This document shows, piece after piece, positions 1-8,727 of a stretch of DNA of 32,000 nucleotides. The DNA comes from Methanococcus maripaludis (GTDB taxonomy: Archaea > AGJL01 > Methanococci > Methanococcales > Methanococcaceae): NCBI RefSeq assembly GCF_002945325.1, contig NZ_CP026606.1, forward strand, positions 540,001-572,000. The letters are read 5' to 3'. The number at the start of each line of letters is the position of its first letter. Within the stretch, counting starts at the first letter, position 1. Made by a program: the position numbers and the translations under genes. Under the pieces are notes generated by a model. It had not been told where the DNA came from. It did not search any database and saw only the letters and a program-made list of their open reading frames with translations.

Positions 1-2
1 GC

Positions 3-380
3 GTTTGTAAATTACTGGACACTAAAACTGAAAACTTCCAAATCTGCGTTATTCCAGAGTGGTTAAATGAAGATATTTTCGGACATATCGTCGATAACAA
101 TTTAAAAGATGATGACAGACTTTTTAAGTTTAAAAACCGGACATACGCGTGGGAACTCGTTAAAAAGTATACTAAAGATGCTAAAATCCATAAAGAATTT
201 TCAACACACACATTTAGAAGAAGTAGGGCCCTACACCTGTTAAATGACGGAGTTCCGCTTGAAAAAGTGAGTAAATATTTACGACACAAGTCAATAAACA
301 CCACTATGCACTATCTGAAAATTACCGTTGACGACATTAAAAAGGAACTTGTAAAAATTGGAGACTGGTACGACCTTTAA
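3..380 (+). CDS. Tyrosine recombinase / phage-type integrase, C-terminal fragment (5' end lies outside the window)
   Basis: My own translation of frame 3 is open from the window edge to the TAA at 378-380. It reads ...STHTFRRSRALHLLNDGVPLEKVSKYLRHKSINTTMHYLKITVDD..., which has the H-x-x-R box and the catalytic Tyr region of tyrosine recombinases. It has no start codon in the window, so it is absent from the ORF track. Confidence 0.75.
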   Translation, partial: VCKLLDTKTENFQICVIPEWLNEDIFGHIVDNNLKDDDRLFKFKNRTYAWELVKKYTKDAKIHKEFSTHTFRRSRALHLLNDGVPLEKVSKYLRHKSINTTMHYLKITVDDIKKELVKIGDWYDL

Positions 381-471
381 CCAGATTTTAAATGTTTTTC
401 GGACAAGTTTATAAATTAAATAAGTATTTTTACCATAAAGTTTAAACTTAGTATAATTTCAAATAGATGTT

Positions 472-1230
472 GTGAGTAAAACTATGAAAAAGATATGTTT
501 TGTAATGACAATCGTACTGATTTTAGCAATTTCGGCATGTATTTCACTCCCGTCTGAAAAAATGACTATTGAAAATGGAACATTAACTGTAGGAGTATTC
601 AAACATGCTCCCCCTGCCGTTTATGAGCAGAATGGAGAACTGATAGGATTTGAAGTTGATTTAATTTCAGAAATTGCAAAAAGAATGAATTTAAATGTTA
701 AATTTAAAGAATACATGTTTTCTAACCTTTTAAATGCTGTAGCAAATAATGAAATCGATTGTGCAATATCGGACATTTCAATATCTCCTGAAAGGGAAAA
801 AATAGTGAGTTTTACAAGGGCCTATTCGCATACCGAACTGGTAGTACTGGTTAGAAAAGAAAGTGGCATCCAAACAATCACTGATTTAAATGGTAAAAAA
901 ATTGGTGTTGTTGATTAGACAATACACGAAACTAAGGCAAAAAGTCTTCAAAAAAGTATGGATTTTGAAATAGTTGAATATGATACCCCGATAGAACTGT
1001 ATAACGATTTAAATAACGGAAAAATTGATGCAACCATATCTGAAATGGATAATTTTAAAGTTTCAAGTTATATGAATCAGTTAGACCTAATTGATACTTT
1101 AGAAATTCTTTATTCAGGAATTGCAGTAAATAAAGACAATAAAGAATTATTGCATGAAATGGACAGAATATTACTCGAACTGGAAACAGAAGGATACATT
1201 GAAGAATTAAAACAGGAATGGTCAAATTAA
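472..1230 (+). pseudogene. Family-3 (amino-acid type) ABC substrate-binding protein, interrupted by one in-frame TAG at 916-918
   Basis: ORFs 472-918 and 958-1230 are in the same frame (958-472=486). Only one stop separates them (GVVD*TIHETKAKSL). The N-terminus has a signal peptide and lipobox-like motif (LAISAC). The two halves together look like one bilobed SBP, with motifs such as GFEVDL and a C-terminal EWSN-type ending. Confidence 0.7.
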
Positions 1231-1345
1231 TAATGTATTTTAAATACTTTTTTAAATAATACTAGTTACTGGTTAATAAGAATAAAACTCTACTTTTTTA
1301 CCGATAAAACAAAATTTAAACGGATAAATTTAAAGATGATAACAA

Positions 1346-1867
1346 ATGTCTGAAAAATACAAAACATACCATACTTCAAAATATTTATCAAAGGAAGACG
1401 TGGAAAAGTTAATAAAAGACGGTGTTGACGAAGTTACAATGCCAAAATCAATATATGAATACATGGAAAAGAAAAACAAAGGCGCATTAAATCGTCTTTT
1501 GATTTTTGGGGTCGATGTATCAATTACAGATCAGGTTGGACGGCCGAAAAAAGTTGAAGGAGATATAAAGAAAAAAATCATTGAAGAAATTATCAATGGA
1601 AAAAGCATTCGAAAAGTTGCTGAAGAATACGACCTGAAGAAATCAACCATCTGGGACAATATCAAAGACGATATGGCAAAAATCAAACAGGAAAAATTTA
1701 GAAAAATGATTTACGATTATAAAGAGCTTTTAATCGAAAAAGAAAGATATACTGAGTATATAGAAACACTTTTCTGTGAACTTGACATGAATATTTCAAA
1801 CGACAATTTAAAAGAAGCCGAAAAAATACTCCTAAAAATTATAGAATATTCTAAAAGAAAAGATTAA
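1346..1867 (+). CDS. Hypothetical protein with a resolvase/Hin-type helix-turn-helix segment
   Basis: 173-aa ORF. The central segment GRPKK...IINGKSIRKVAEEYDLKKSTIWDNIK resembles a small HTH DNA-binding motif. The C-terminal half is Lys/Glu-rich and looks helical. Confidence 0.45.
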   Translation: MSEKYKTYHTSKYLSKEDVEKLIKDGVDEVTMPKSIYEYMEKKNKGALNRLLIFGVDVSITDQVGRPKKVEGDIKKKIIEEIINGKSIRKVAEEYDLKKSTIWDNIKDDMAKIKQEKFRKMIYDYKELLIEKERYTEYIETLFCELDMNISNDNLKEAEKILLKIIEYSKRKD

Positions 1868-1994
1868 TTTTTTTAATAAACTACATCGGCTATTTTTTTA
1901 AATATTTTAAATTATCCTATATAATTAACTCATCAAAACAGTATTAATAAGTAAATATCCATAATATAATACATCAGATGCGGAGGGGAAATTT

Positions 1995-3008
1995 TTGCAA
2001 TCTTTTAAAATAGCGCGTGTAATGGGAATCCCCATTGAACTCCATATTACGTTTATATTACTGTTAATCGTTGTTTTTTACTTTTGGGGCATTGAAGGGC
2101 TAATTTTATACATGTTCTTATTTACATCCGTAGTTTTGCACGAACTGGGGCACTCATATGTTGCAAAAAAATACGGGGTAAAAATAGAAAAAATACTGCT
2201 TTTGCCAATTGGCGGAATGGCCATGATGAGCGAAATCTCAAAAGAAGGGGAGTTTAAAATCGCAATTGCAGGCCCACTGGTAAGTTTAGCACTTGGAACA
2301 GTACTGCTTGGAATTTCAACAGTAACCGATTATACCTTGGCAGAATATCCACTTTTTCAAACAGTTGGTGGATTGAATATACTTCTTGGGATTTTTAATC
2401 TGCTTCCAGCATTTCCAATGGATGGAGGACGAGTATTTAGAGCACTGCTTTCAAAATTAACCAGCATGAGTTATATAAAAGCAACAAAACTTGCATCAAC
2501 CGTTGGACAGTATTTTGCACTAGCTTTGTTAATTTTTGGATTAATAAACTTCAATGTAATTTTGGTTTTAATTGCAATATTTATCTACTTTGGAGCATCT
2601 CAAGAATACAGGGCACTTGTTGCAGATACACTATTTCAAGATGTGCCCGCAAAAGATATTATGTCTAAAAATATAGTTTACGTAAATTCAGAAGATACTG
2701 TCGATGATGTACTAAATTTAATGCTTGAAAACAGGTTTTTAGGCTATCCTGTGCTTGAAAATGGAAATATCATTGGAACCATTACTATGAATGAAATATC
2801 ATCTACAACTGCAAAAACAGCTAAAGTAAAAGAGATAATGTCGCCACCTGTGATGGTATCACCAGAGGCTGCATTAAATGAATTAATTAAAGGTATGGCA
2901 AATACTGACAGGGTTTACGTAGTTGATAATGGAAATATCCTTGGAATAATTTCTAAAACAGATATTGTAAGAACTTTAAGTATTTTAGGACTAAAAAATA
3001 ACCGATAA
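1995..3008 (+). CDS. Site-2 protease family (M50) zinc metalloprotease with a C-terminal CBS-domain pair
   Basis: Contains the HELGH zinc motif and NLLPAFPMDGGR, several transmembrane segments, and two CBS-like repeats at the C-terminus. TTG start is preceded by GGAGGGG. Confidence 0.88.
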   Translation: MQSFKIARVMGIPIELHITFILLLIVVFYFWGIEGLILYMFLFTSVVLHELGHSYVAKKYGVKIEKILLLPIGGMAMMSEISKEGEFKIAIAGPLVSLALGTVLLGISTVTDYTLAEYPLFQTVGGLNILLGIFNLLPAFPMDGGRVFRALLSKLTSMSYIKATKLASTVGQYFALALLIFGLINFNVILVLIAIFIYFGASQEYRALVADTLFQDVPAKDIMSKNIVYVNSEDTVDDVLNLMLENRFLGYPVLENGNIIGTITMNEISSTTAKTAKVKEIMSPPVMVSPEAALNELIKGMANTDRVYVVDNGNILGIISKTDIVRTLSILGLKNNR

Positions 3009-3050
3009 CAGATTTAAAAATATTACCTTAGAGGGGGAAGGTGATTTTTT

Positions 3051-3323
3051 ATGAAATCTGACGAACAGATGTTAAGAGATCTACAAAAAATAACTATTTC
3101 GTTTGGAGTAATGTTTATAGTAATAACAGCATATCTTGAATTAACAAAAAATTGGGATTCTATGCTATTAATACTCCCAACGTCTGGATTTTTATTAATA
3201 ATTGCAGGATTACATAAACAAATCCATGAAAACGATGACTTTAGATCATACTTCTTATTAGGAATAACTCTATTGATAATCGCAGTTGCAGTTTTATTTA
3301 TTTTACTTTTATATTTTGCCTAA
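3051..3323 (+). CDS. Small integral membrane protein, function unknown
   Basis: 90-aa ORF with three hydrophobic stretches. A strong SD-like GAGGGGGAAGGTGA lies upstream of the ATG. Confidence 0.5.
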   Translation: MKSDEQMLRDLQKITISFGVMFIVITAYLELTKNWDSMLLILPTSGFLLIIAGLHKQIHENDDFRSYFLLGITLLIIAVAVLFILLLYFA

Positions 3324-3501
3324 ATATCGCTAATTCCTTTTTTAAAATTTTTAAAACACAAATATATTTTATTACTGTATTTTAGACAGCATTTTTGAGA
3401 ATACTTGTAAAAATAGAATTTCTTAATATCGCACATATGGGGATAAGTATTTATAGAATTCTACCACACATTCTTACAGAAATAAAAAGAGGTAGATTTT
3501 A

Positions 3502-3861
3502 ATGAAACTCTGCATTACAAGTACCGGAAATACGTTAGAAAGCACTTTCGAACAAAGATTTGGTAGATGCCCTTATTTTATAATTTATGATACAGATTCA
3601 AAAGAATTCGACGCGATTGAAAATACAAATGGCGATTCGGCACATGGTGCAGGTATTGGCTCTGCACAAGAAGTAGTTTCAAAAAATATTAATGTATTAA
3701 TCAGCGGAAGTATTGGACCAAACGCAAAACAGGTGTTGGATGGCGAAAATATTAAAGTTTACAAAGGAACTGGATCAACGGTTCTTGAAAACATTGAATT
3801 ATTCGAAAAAAATGAATTAAGTGAAATAACACAAGCTGGAAAGCCACATCAAGGTATGTAA
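3502..3861 (+). CDS. NifB/NifX-type (dinitrogenase FeMo-cofactor-binding fold) domain protein
   Basis: The N-terminus MKLCITS...FGRCPYFIIYD and the later ...HGAG... motif are typical of the small NifX/NifB-C-terminal family (COG1433-type). Confidence 0.75.
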   Translation: MKLCITSTGNTLESTFEQRFGRCPYFIIYDTDSKEFDAIENTNGDSAHGAGIGSAQEVVSKNINVLISGSIGPNAKQVLDGENIKVYKGTGSTVLENIELFEKNELSEITQAGKPHQGM

Positions 3862-3870
3862 GGAAAAATT

Positions 3871-4728
3871 ATGAATATTTCAATATTGAGTGGAAAAGGC
3901 GGAACTGGAAAGACCACAATATCTACAAATTTAAGCATTTTTCTCTCAGAAAATCATAAAAATGTTAGTTATTTTGATTTTGACGTGGAAGAGCCAAACG
4001 GGTTTATTTTTTTAAAACCGGGCATTGAAACTGAAAAGAAAGTCTTTAAAAAAGTTCCAAAAATCGATAAAGAATTATGTACAAACTGTGGAGAATGCAG
4101 TAAATTATGTAAATTTAACGCTATTTCAATAACTCCAAACAATTCAACAGTTTTTGAAAAATTATGCCACGACTGCGGGCTCTGCTACATTGCATGCCCT
4201 GTTCAAGCCATTTCAGAAATTTTACGGGAAATTGGAAAAATAGAATCCGGAAAATCTAAAGATATTCCGAATTTAAACGCGTTTCGGGGAGTTTTAAATA
4301 TTGGTGAACCCTCAGGAGTTCCAGTCATATCTGCCTTGAAAAAATTTTTGGATGTTAATTCAATAAATATACTCGATGCGCCTCCTGGAAGTTCATGTAG
4401 TGTAATAAACACTGTTGAAGATAGCGACTATTCAATTCTTGTCACAGAACCAACCAAATTTGGGCTTCACGACTTAAAAATTGCAGTTGAAGTTTTGAGA
4501 TACCTAAATATTCCATTTGGTGTTTTGATCAATAAATCAGATGAGTTTGACTTTATCATTGAAAATTACTGTGAAAATGAGAAAATCGATATTTTGGGAA
4601 AAATTCCATTTTCAAGAAATATTGCAAATAAATATTCAAAAGGGGACATCTTGATCAACTCGGATGTCGAATTTACAAAACATTTGCGAGATATTGCCTC
4701 TGAACTTGAAAAGAGGTTGATATTATGA
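3871..4728 (+). CDS. MinD/ParA-superfamily P-loop ATPase with inserted 2x[4Fe-4S] ferredoxin domain
   Basis: Deviant Walker A SGKGGTGKTT. Two CxxCxxCxxxC(P) motifs (CTNCGECSKLC and CHDCGLCYIACP) are inserted after the P-loop. Confidence 0.8.
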   Translation: MNISILSGKGGTGKTTISTNLSIFLSENHKNVSYFDFDVEEPNGFIFLKPGIETEKKVFKKVPKIDKELCTNCGECSKLCKFNAISITPNNSTVFEKLCHDCGLCYIACPVQAISEILREIGKIESGKSKDIPNLNAFRGVLNIGEPSGVPVISALKKFLDVNSINILDAPPGSSCSVINTVEDSDYSILVTEPTKFGLHDLKIAVEVLRYLNIPFGVLINKSDEFDFIIENYCENEKIDILGKIPFSRNIANKYSKGDILINSDVEFTKHLRDIASELEKRLIL

Positions 4729-5570
4729 AACAGATCGTCATAATAAGCGGAAAAGGCGGAACTGGAAAAACTACCATTTCATCTTCATTTTCAGAATTGA
4801 TGAATAAAAGAAATATCGCAGACTGCGACGTTGAAGCTCCAAATTTACATTTAATGTTTGAAAATGAAATAATCAATACTAAAGAGTATATTGGATCCCA
4901 GACTGCAATCATTGATACTGAAAAATGTATTAAGTGTGAAAAATGCTTAGAATGTAGATTTGATGCAATAACACCTGAAATAAAAGTAAATCCGTTAAAA
5001 TGCGAAGGATGTGGGTTATGTGAGTACGTTTGTCCTGCTGATGCTGTAAAAATGGTTGATAATATTACAGGGCATGTTTATTCTTGCAAAATCAAAGATG
5101 GGTATTTATCTTACGCAAAGCTAAATATTGGGGCAGAAGGTGCAGGAAAAGTTGTAACAGAAGTTAGGAAAAATTCCCTTGAAAATCAGGGTTTTGAAAA
5201 TTTATTAATTGATGGATCTCCAGGAATAGGATGCGTTGTAATTGCATCGCTTACAGGTTGTGATTACGCAGTAGTTGTAACTGAACCAACTACATCAGGT
5301 CTTGATGATTTGAGCCGTGTTTTAGAACTTACCCAATTTTTTGATATTCAAAGCTATATAATAATCAATAAATACGACATTAACGAAGAAAAAACTTCCG
5401 AAATAATCGATTACTGTAAAAAATCAGGCTTTGAAATATTGGGAAAAGTTCCATTTGATAATACAGTAAATAAAGCAATTCAAAACGAATGTCCCATTGT
5501 AAATTACGACTGCCCTGCAGGTAATGAAATTAAAAGAATTTGGGATGATTTTTACGACAAACTCAAATAA
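4725..5570 (+). CDS. MinD/ParA-superfamily P-loop ATPase with inserted 2x[4Fe-4S] ferredoxin domain (paralog)
   Basis: SGKGGTGKTT plus CIKCEKCLEC and CEGCGLCEYVCP. A 4-bp ATGA overlap with the preceding gene implies translational coupling. Confidence 0.8.
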   Translation: MKQIVIISGKGGTGKTTISSSFSELMNKRNIADCDVEAPNLHLMFENEIINTKEYIGSQTAIIDTEKCIKCEKCLECRFDAITPEIKVNPLKCEGCGLCEYVCPADAVKMVDNITGHVYSCKIKDGYLSYAKLNIGAEGAGKVVTEVRKNSLENQGFENLLIDGSPGIGCVVIASLTGCDYAVVVTEPTTSGLDDLSRVLELTQFFDIQSYIIINKYDINEEKTSEIIDYCKKSGFEILGKVPFDNTVNKAIQNECPIVNYDCPAGNEIKRIWDDFYDKLK

Positions 5571-5669
5571 TTACTTTTTTTAACTTTTATCTAACCGATA
5601 TTAATCTAAAAAACCTGTAATTTTAAAAAAGGTAGTATTATATAGTTGTTTTTCAATATAATGAAATAT

Positions 5670-5681
5670 GCACATATGTGC
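5670..5681. promoter_or_regulatory. Perfect 12-bp palindrome GCACATATGTGC, candidate operator downstream of a TATA-like box
   Basis: ATTATATA at 5636-5643 is followed about 27 bp later by the palindrome, roughly 46 bp upstream of ATG 5727. The half-site GCACATATG recurs at 3431-3439, upstream of the first gene of the cluster. Confidence 0.3.
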
Positions 5682-5726
5682 GAAAATAATTATTATAAAC
5701 ATATGTTATGAAATGGGGTGAACCAC

Positions 5727-6011
5727 ATGGATTATAGACTACACAGAAACTGCATCTGCAGAAAATTATTAGGTACAACTGAATACGTAGGACTTGGAAT
5801 TAGAAGGTTCTTTAGAATAGGATTAACTAACGAAGAAATCAAAAATATCATTAAAAGAGAAACAGGTAATGATATATCTGATGAAGAAGTAACTAATTTA
5901 TCAAAAGGAATCTCTGAAGAAGATGTTATCGATGCTCGCGGAAGAAGAAACTTTTATGGTGCGGGCCGAGGTGGCAGAATGGGAAGGGGAATGGGAAGAG
6001 GGAGATTTTAA
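5727..6011 (+). CDS. Small hypothetical protein with an Arg/Gly-rich (RGG-like) C-terminal tail
   Basis: The ORF track starts at GTG 5718. ATG 5727 is better placed behind GGGGTGAACCAC. The C-terminus reads RGRRNFYGAGRGGRMGRGMGRGRF. Confidence 0.5.
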   Translation: MDYRLHRNCICRKLLGTTEYVGLGIRRFFRIGLTNEEIKNIIKRETGNDISDEEVTNLSKGISEEDVIDARGRRNFYGAGRGGRMGRGMGRGRF

Positions 6012-6044
6012 TTATTTAACTTAATAAAAAAATAAGGCGATAAT

Positions 6045-6404
6045 TTGAAAATAGCAATCCCAATACTTGATGAAAAAACAGTTTGTTCACACTTTGGAAA
6101 AACTCCATTTTTTATGATTTTTGAAGTAAACGAAAATAATGAAATAATTGGCTCAAAAAAAGTTGGAAACTCCCCATGCCACGGGGCTGCTCACGAAACT
6201 GAACAAGGTCACGGAGGACAGGGTCCTGGAAGTACAGTTCAAACACTTCTTTCCGAAGGCGTAAATGCAGTAGTTTTCGTAAACATGGGTCAAAGAAGCG
6301 TAAATGCACTTGGAAGCGTTGTTGAACTATATCAAACGTCTTTAGAAGATGTAGATGCAGTATTAAAAGAAGTTTTAAGCGGAAATTTAACAAAATTAAA
6401 CTAA
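6045..6404 (+). CDS. NifB/NifX-type domain protein (paralog 2)
   Basis: MKIAIPILDEKTVCSHFGKTPFFMIFEV... has the same family signature as 3502-3861. It uses a TTG start. Confidence 0.7.
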   Translation: MKIAIPILDEKTVCSHFGKTPFFMIFEVNENNEIIGSKKVGNSPCHGAAHETEQGHGGQGPGSTVQTLLSEGVNAVVFVNMGQRSVNALGSVVELYQTSLEDVDAVLKEVLSGNLTKLN

Positions 6405-6614
6405 TTTTAAAGTATTCTTTTTTTTAAATTTTTTAAATAAATACGATATATAAATTAAATTTTAAAAGATGATGATTTATCCAATTTTACACAATCAACA
6501 ATCCTGCCCGCATAGTTGTAAAATATATTTAAATATATGAATAATGAGAGATATGCACTACAGAAATTTAAAAGAAAAAAGATTTTTTTAGATAATAAAA
6601 ATCCGAGTGATAAC

Positions 6615-6938
6615 TTGAAAATAGCGGTACCCGTATTTGAAAACAAAATCTGTGAACATTTTGGAAAAACTGCACTATTCTTAATTTTTGAACTTGACGA
6701 AAATTATGAAGTAATAAACATTTCAAGGGTTCAAAACACCCCTTGTGACGGCAACGGTGGAGGATCACCTATTGAAAATTTACTTCTTGAAAACCCTGAT
6801 ATAATAATATACAACACGATGGGTGAAAAAAGAATTGAAACCTTAAAAGACAGAGTAAAACTATACCAAACTAAAACTCAGGATATTAAATCAGCATTGA
6901 AAGAATTCCTAGATGAAATTTTAATCATAAATAAATAA
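6615..6938 (+). CDS. NifB/NifX-type domain protein (paralog 3)
   Basis: The ORF track begins at ATG 6537. The homologous region begins at in-frame TTG 6615 (LKIAVPVFENKICEHFGKTALFLIFEL). Its first 11 nt, TTGAAAATAGC, match the start of paralog 2 at 6045. The 26-aa extension has no counterpart in the paralogs. Confidence 0.6.
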   Translation: MKIAVPVFENKICEHFGKTALFLIFELDENYEVINISRVQNTPCDGNGGGSPIENLLLENPDIIIYNTMGEKRIETLKDRVKLYQTKTQDIKSALKEFLDEILIINK

Positions 6939-7132
6939 AATTTTATTTTTAAAAGTCGTCATATTGACGATTAATTTAAGTTTAATCCGAATTATGCTTT
7001 TTTGACGAATAGTAAACTATAATTATAGCTTTTTAAAAATTATATCATACGGGTTAAATTACAATCTAAATGGTGAAATAATATCTATTTTATCGAGACT
7101 AATAAATAATAATTAGTGCCGTTAATGTAGAA

Positions 7133-7381
7133 ATGGGGGGGACAATGGAACTAATTAACGTAATATGCCATTGGGCAATGTATGAAGACACGATAGACCT
7201 TAAAAAACCACCAAACTGGATTTTGGAGTATTTCAACCACAAATATCCTGAAGAAAGTTTGGAATTTTCAATGGATTTTCTTTGTATTCTTGGAAAATTT
7301 CAAAAATATCCTGAAACAAAAGTATATGTTCCAATAAAAAATGTCGGTAAAATCGCAGATGTTTTCGGGCTTTTAGATTAA
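7133..7381 (+). CDS. Hypothetical small protein
   Basis: 82-aa ORF. A G-rich SD-like run overlaps the first ATG, so ATG 7145 is an alternative start. I recognise no family. Confidence 0.35.
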   Translation: MGGTMELINVICHWAMYEDTIDLKKPPNWILEYFNHKYPEESLEFSMDFLCILGKFQKYPETKVYVPIKNVGKIADVFGLLD

Positions 7382-7475
7382 TTAAAAGTATAATTTCACT
7401 AAAATGATTTAAATTAAAAGTAATATTAAAAAAGAATTAAATAACGTTAGAAGAGTTTTAAGTTAGTAAAAGAAA

Positions 7476-7679
7476 TTATTCTTCGCTTTCTGTTTTTTCA
7501 TTCTTTTTGTATTCCATGTATCCACATTTTCCACATGAGAATCTGTTTAAGTGTTCAGCCATGAATACGCCTGCACCACATTTTGGGCATGCTTTTTTCA
7601 ATCTTTCTACAGCGTTTCCTTCAACTTTGTAGTAATCTGATTTTTTTGTTGATGTTTTTGCACCTTTTTTAGCTGCCAT
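7476..7679 (-). CDS. rps27ae: 30S ribosomal protein S27ae
   Basis: The zinc ribbon CPKCG...CGKCG and basic N-terminus match archaeal S27ae. It lies directly downstream of S24e, as in many archaea. Confidence 0.9.
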   Translation of the reverse strand: MAAKKGAKTSTKKSDYYKVEGNAVERLKKACPKCGAGVFMAEHLNRFSCGKCGYMEYKKNEKTESEE

Positions 7680-7680
7680 A

Positions 7681-7995
7681 TTATTCCTCCGCTACTTCAG
7701 CTTCTGCTTCTTCTTCAATTTTGTTTTTTTCTAAAACGGATTTTGTTTCGATTGTTGCCATTGCTTTTTCATCGTTGTAGATTTTTGCGTAACCTTCTGC
7801 TTCCAATTTACCAAAAATCTGATCTAATGTGTCAACTACGAGAACTTGTTTGTTTGCGTTTAAAACTGCAACAAGTTTCATTTTTACATCTTTGATTGAA
7901 GGGGTAGCTGCATCAAATGATACTGTGAATTTTATTTCCCTTCTGTGTAATAATGGGTTATTTCTGTCTGAGATAATGCTTATATCCATATCCAT
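7681..7995 (-). CDS. rps24e: 30S ribosomal protein S24e
   Basis: [22 protein letters not shown]... is the canonical S24e N-terminus. The start abuts the stop of the upstream gene. Confidence 0.9.
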   Translation of the reverse strand: MDMDISIISDRNNPLLHRREIKFTVSFDAATPSIKDVKMKLVAVLNANKQVLVVDTLDQIFGKLEAEGYAKIYNDEKAMATIETKSVLEKNKIEEEAEAEVAEE

Positions 7996-8472
7996 TCACC
8001 TTTCTTCCATTTCTTTTAGAAGTTTTTCAATTTTCTGTTTCAGTTCGTCTGTGATTTTTAACAGTACCATGCCTTCATCAGGCTGTCCGTAAATGACTGA
8101 GGTATCCTCGGGGAAGTACTTGATTACAGGTATTGTAAGTAAGTCTTCTTCACCCTTAATGATTAAAGCCATATCTCTATCATGTATGGTGGAAAGGTAT
8201 TTAATCCTTTCTATGGCTTCATCAGAAATGCACCCTTGAGGATTTTCAACCTCAAAAATTGTTTTAAATTTGTGAGGGATGTCAACAGGAATATTTCTTT
8301 TAGTTTTAAAGTCCAAAATTGATAAGTCTGGTATTATACCATTCGATAAAAGGTGTTTTGTGGTAACATCACCTATAGAAACGACCTTTCCTTCTATACT
8401 GGGAAGTTCCTTATATACTTTTCCGAAAGGTTTTTTCAATTCGTGAGCTACTTTGTCGGTTAATAAATACAT
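7996..8472 (-). CDS. DUF359 family protein (archaeal GTP-dependent dephospho-CoA kinase family)
   Basis: Motifs GDVTT...[10 protein letters not shown] and [11 protein letters not shown], plus the conserved position between spt4 and rps24e. Confidence 0.7.
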   Translation of the reverse strand: MYLLTDKVAHELKKPFGKVYKELPSIEGKVVSIGDVTTKHLLSNGIIPDLSILDFKTKRNIPVDIPHKFKTIFEVENPQGCISDEAIERIKYLSTIHDRDMALIIKGEEDLLTIPVIKYFPEDTSVIYGQPDEGMVLLKITDELKQKIEKLLKEMEER

Positions 8473-8503
8473 AAAAGGTCACTATAACAAAAATAAAATT
8501 AAG

Positions 8504-8680
8504 TTATTTAACGCTCAGCGCATATTTTCCTTTTATATCAATTCCTGCTTTTTTTGCTACTTCGGAGTTGTGAGGATCGAGTACGATTAATAAACCTCTA
8601 ACGTTATCTGAAGTATCAAATCCACAAATCGGGCAGGTATCTTCTTTTGTGATGTATTTGCATCTTAAACATGCATTCAT
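8504..8680 (-). CDS. spt4: Transcription elongation factor Spt4 (RpoE'')
   Basis: My own translation gives MNACLRCKYITKEDTCPICGFDTSDNVRGLLIVLDPHNSEVAKKAGIDIKGKYALSVK (58 aa). It has a CxxC...CxxC zinc ribbon and lies just downstream of rpoE'. It does not appear in the ORF track, probably because it is so short. Confidence 0.8.
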   Translation of the reverse strand: MNACLRCKYITKEDTCPICGFDTSDNVRGLLIVLDPHNSEVAKKAGIDIKGKYALSVK

Positions 8681-8727
8681 TTAAATTCACCTCAAATTAA
8701 AATTAAATAGAAATAATGGTGAAAAAA

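Noticed and set aside
916-918. Pyrrolysine decoding of the in-frame TAG.
   Set aside because: Pyl machinery is known from Methanosarcinales and Methanomassiliicoccales-type methanogens, not Methanococcales. The host gene is not a methylamine methyltransferase. A pseudogene or a sequencing error is more parsimonious.
6537-6614. A 26-codon N-terminal extension of the third NifX-like gene, as given in the ORF track.
   Set aside because: The extension has no counterpart in the two paralogs. It overlaps the AT-rich promoter-like region. An in-frame TTG at 6615 reproduces the start context of paralog 2 (TTGAAAATAGC).
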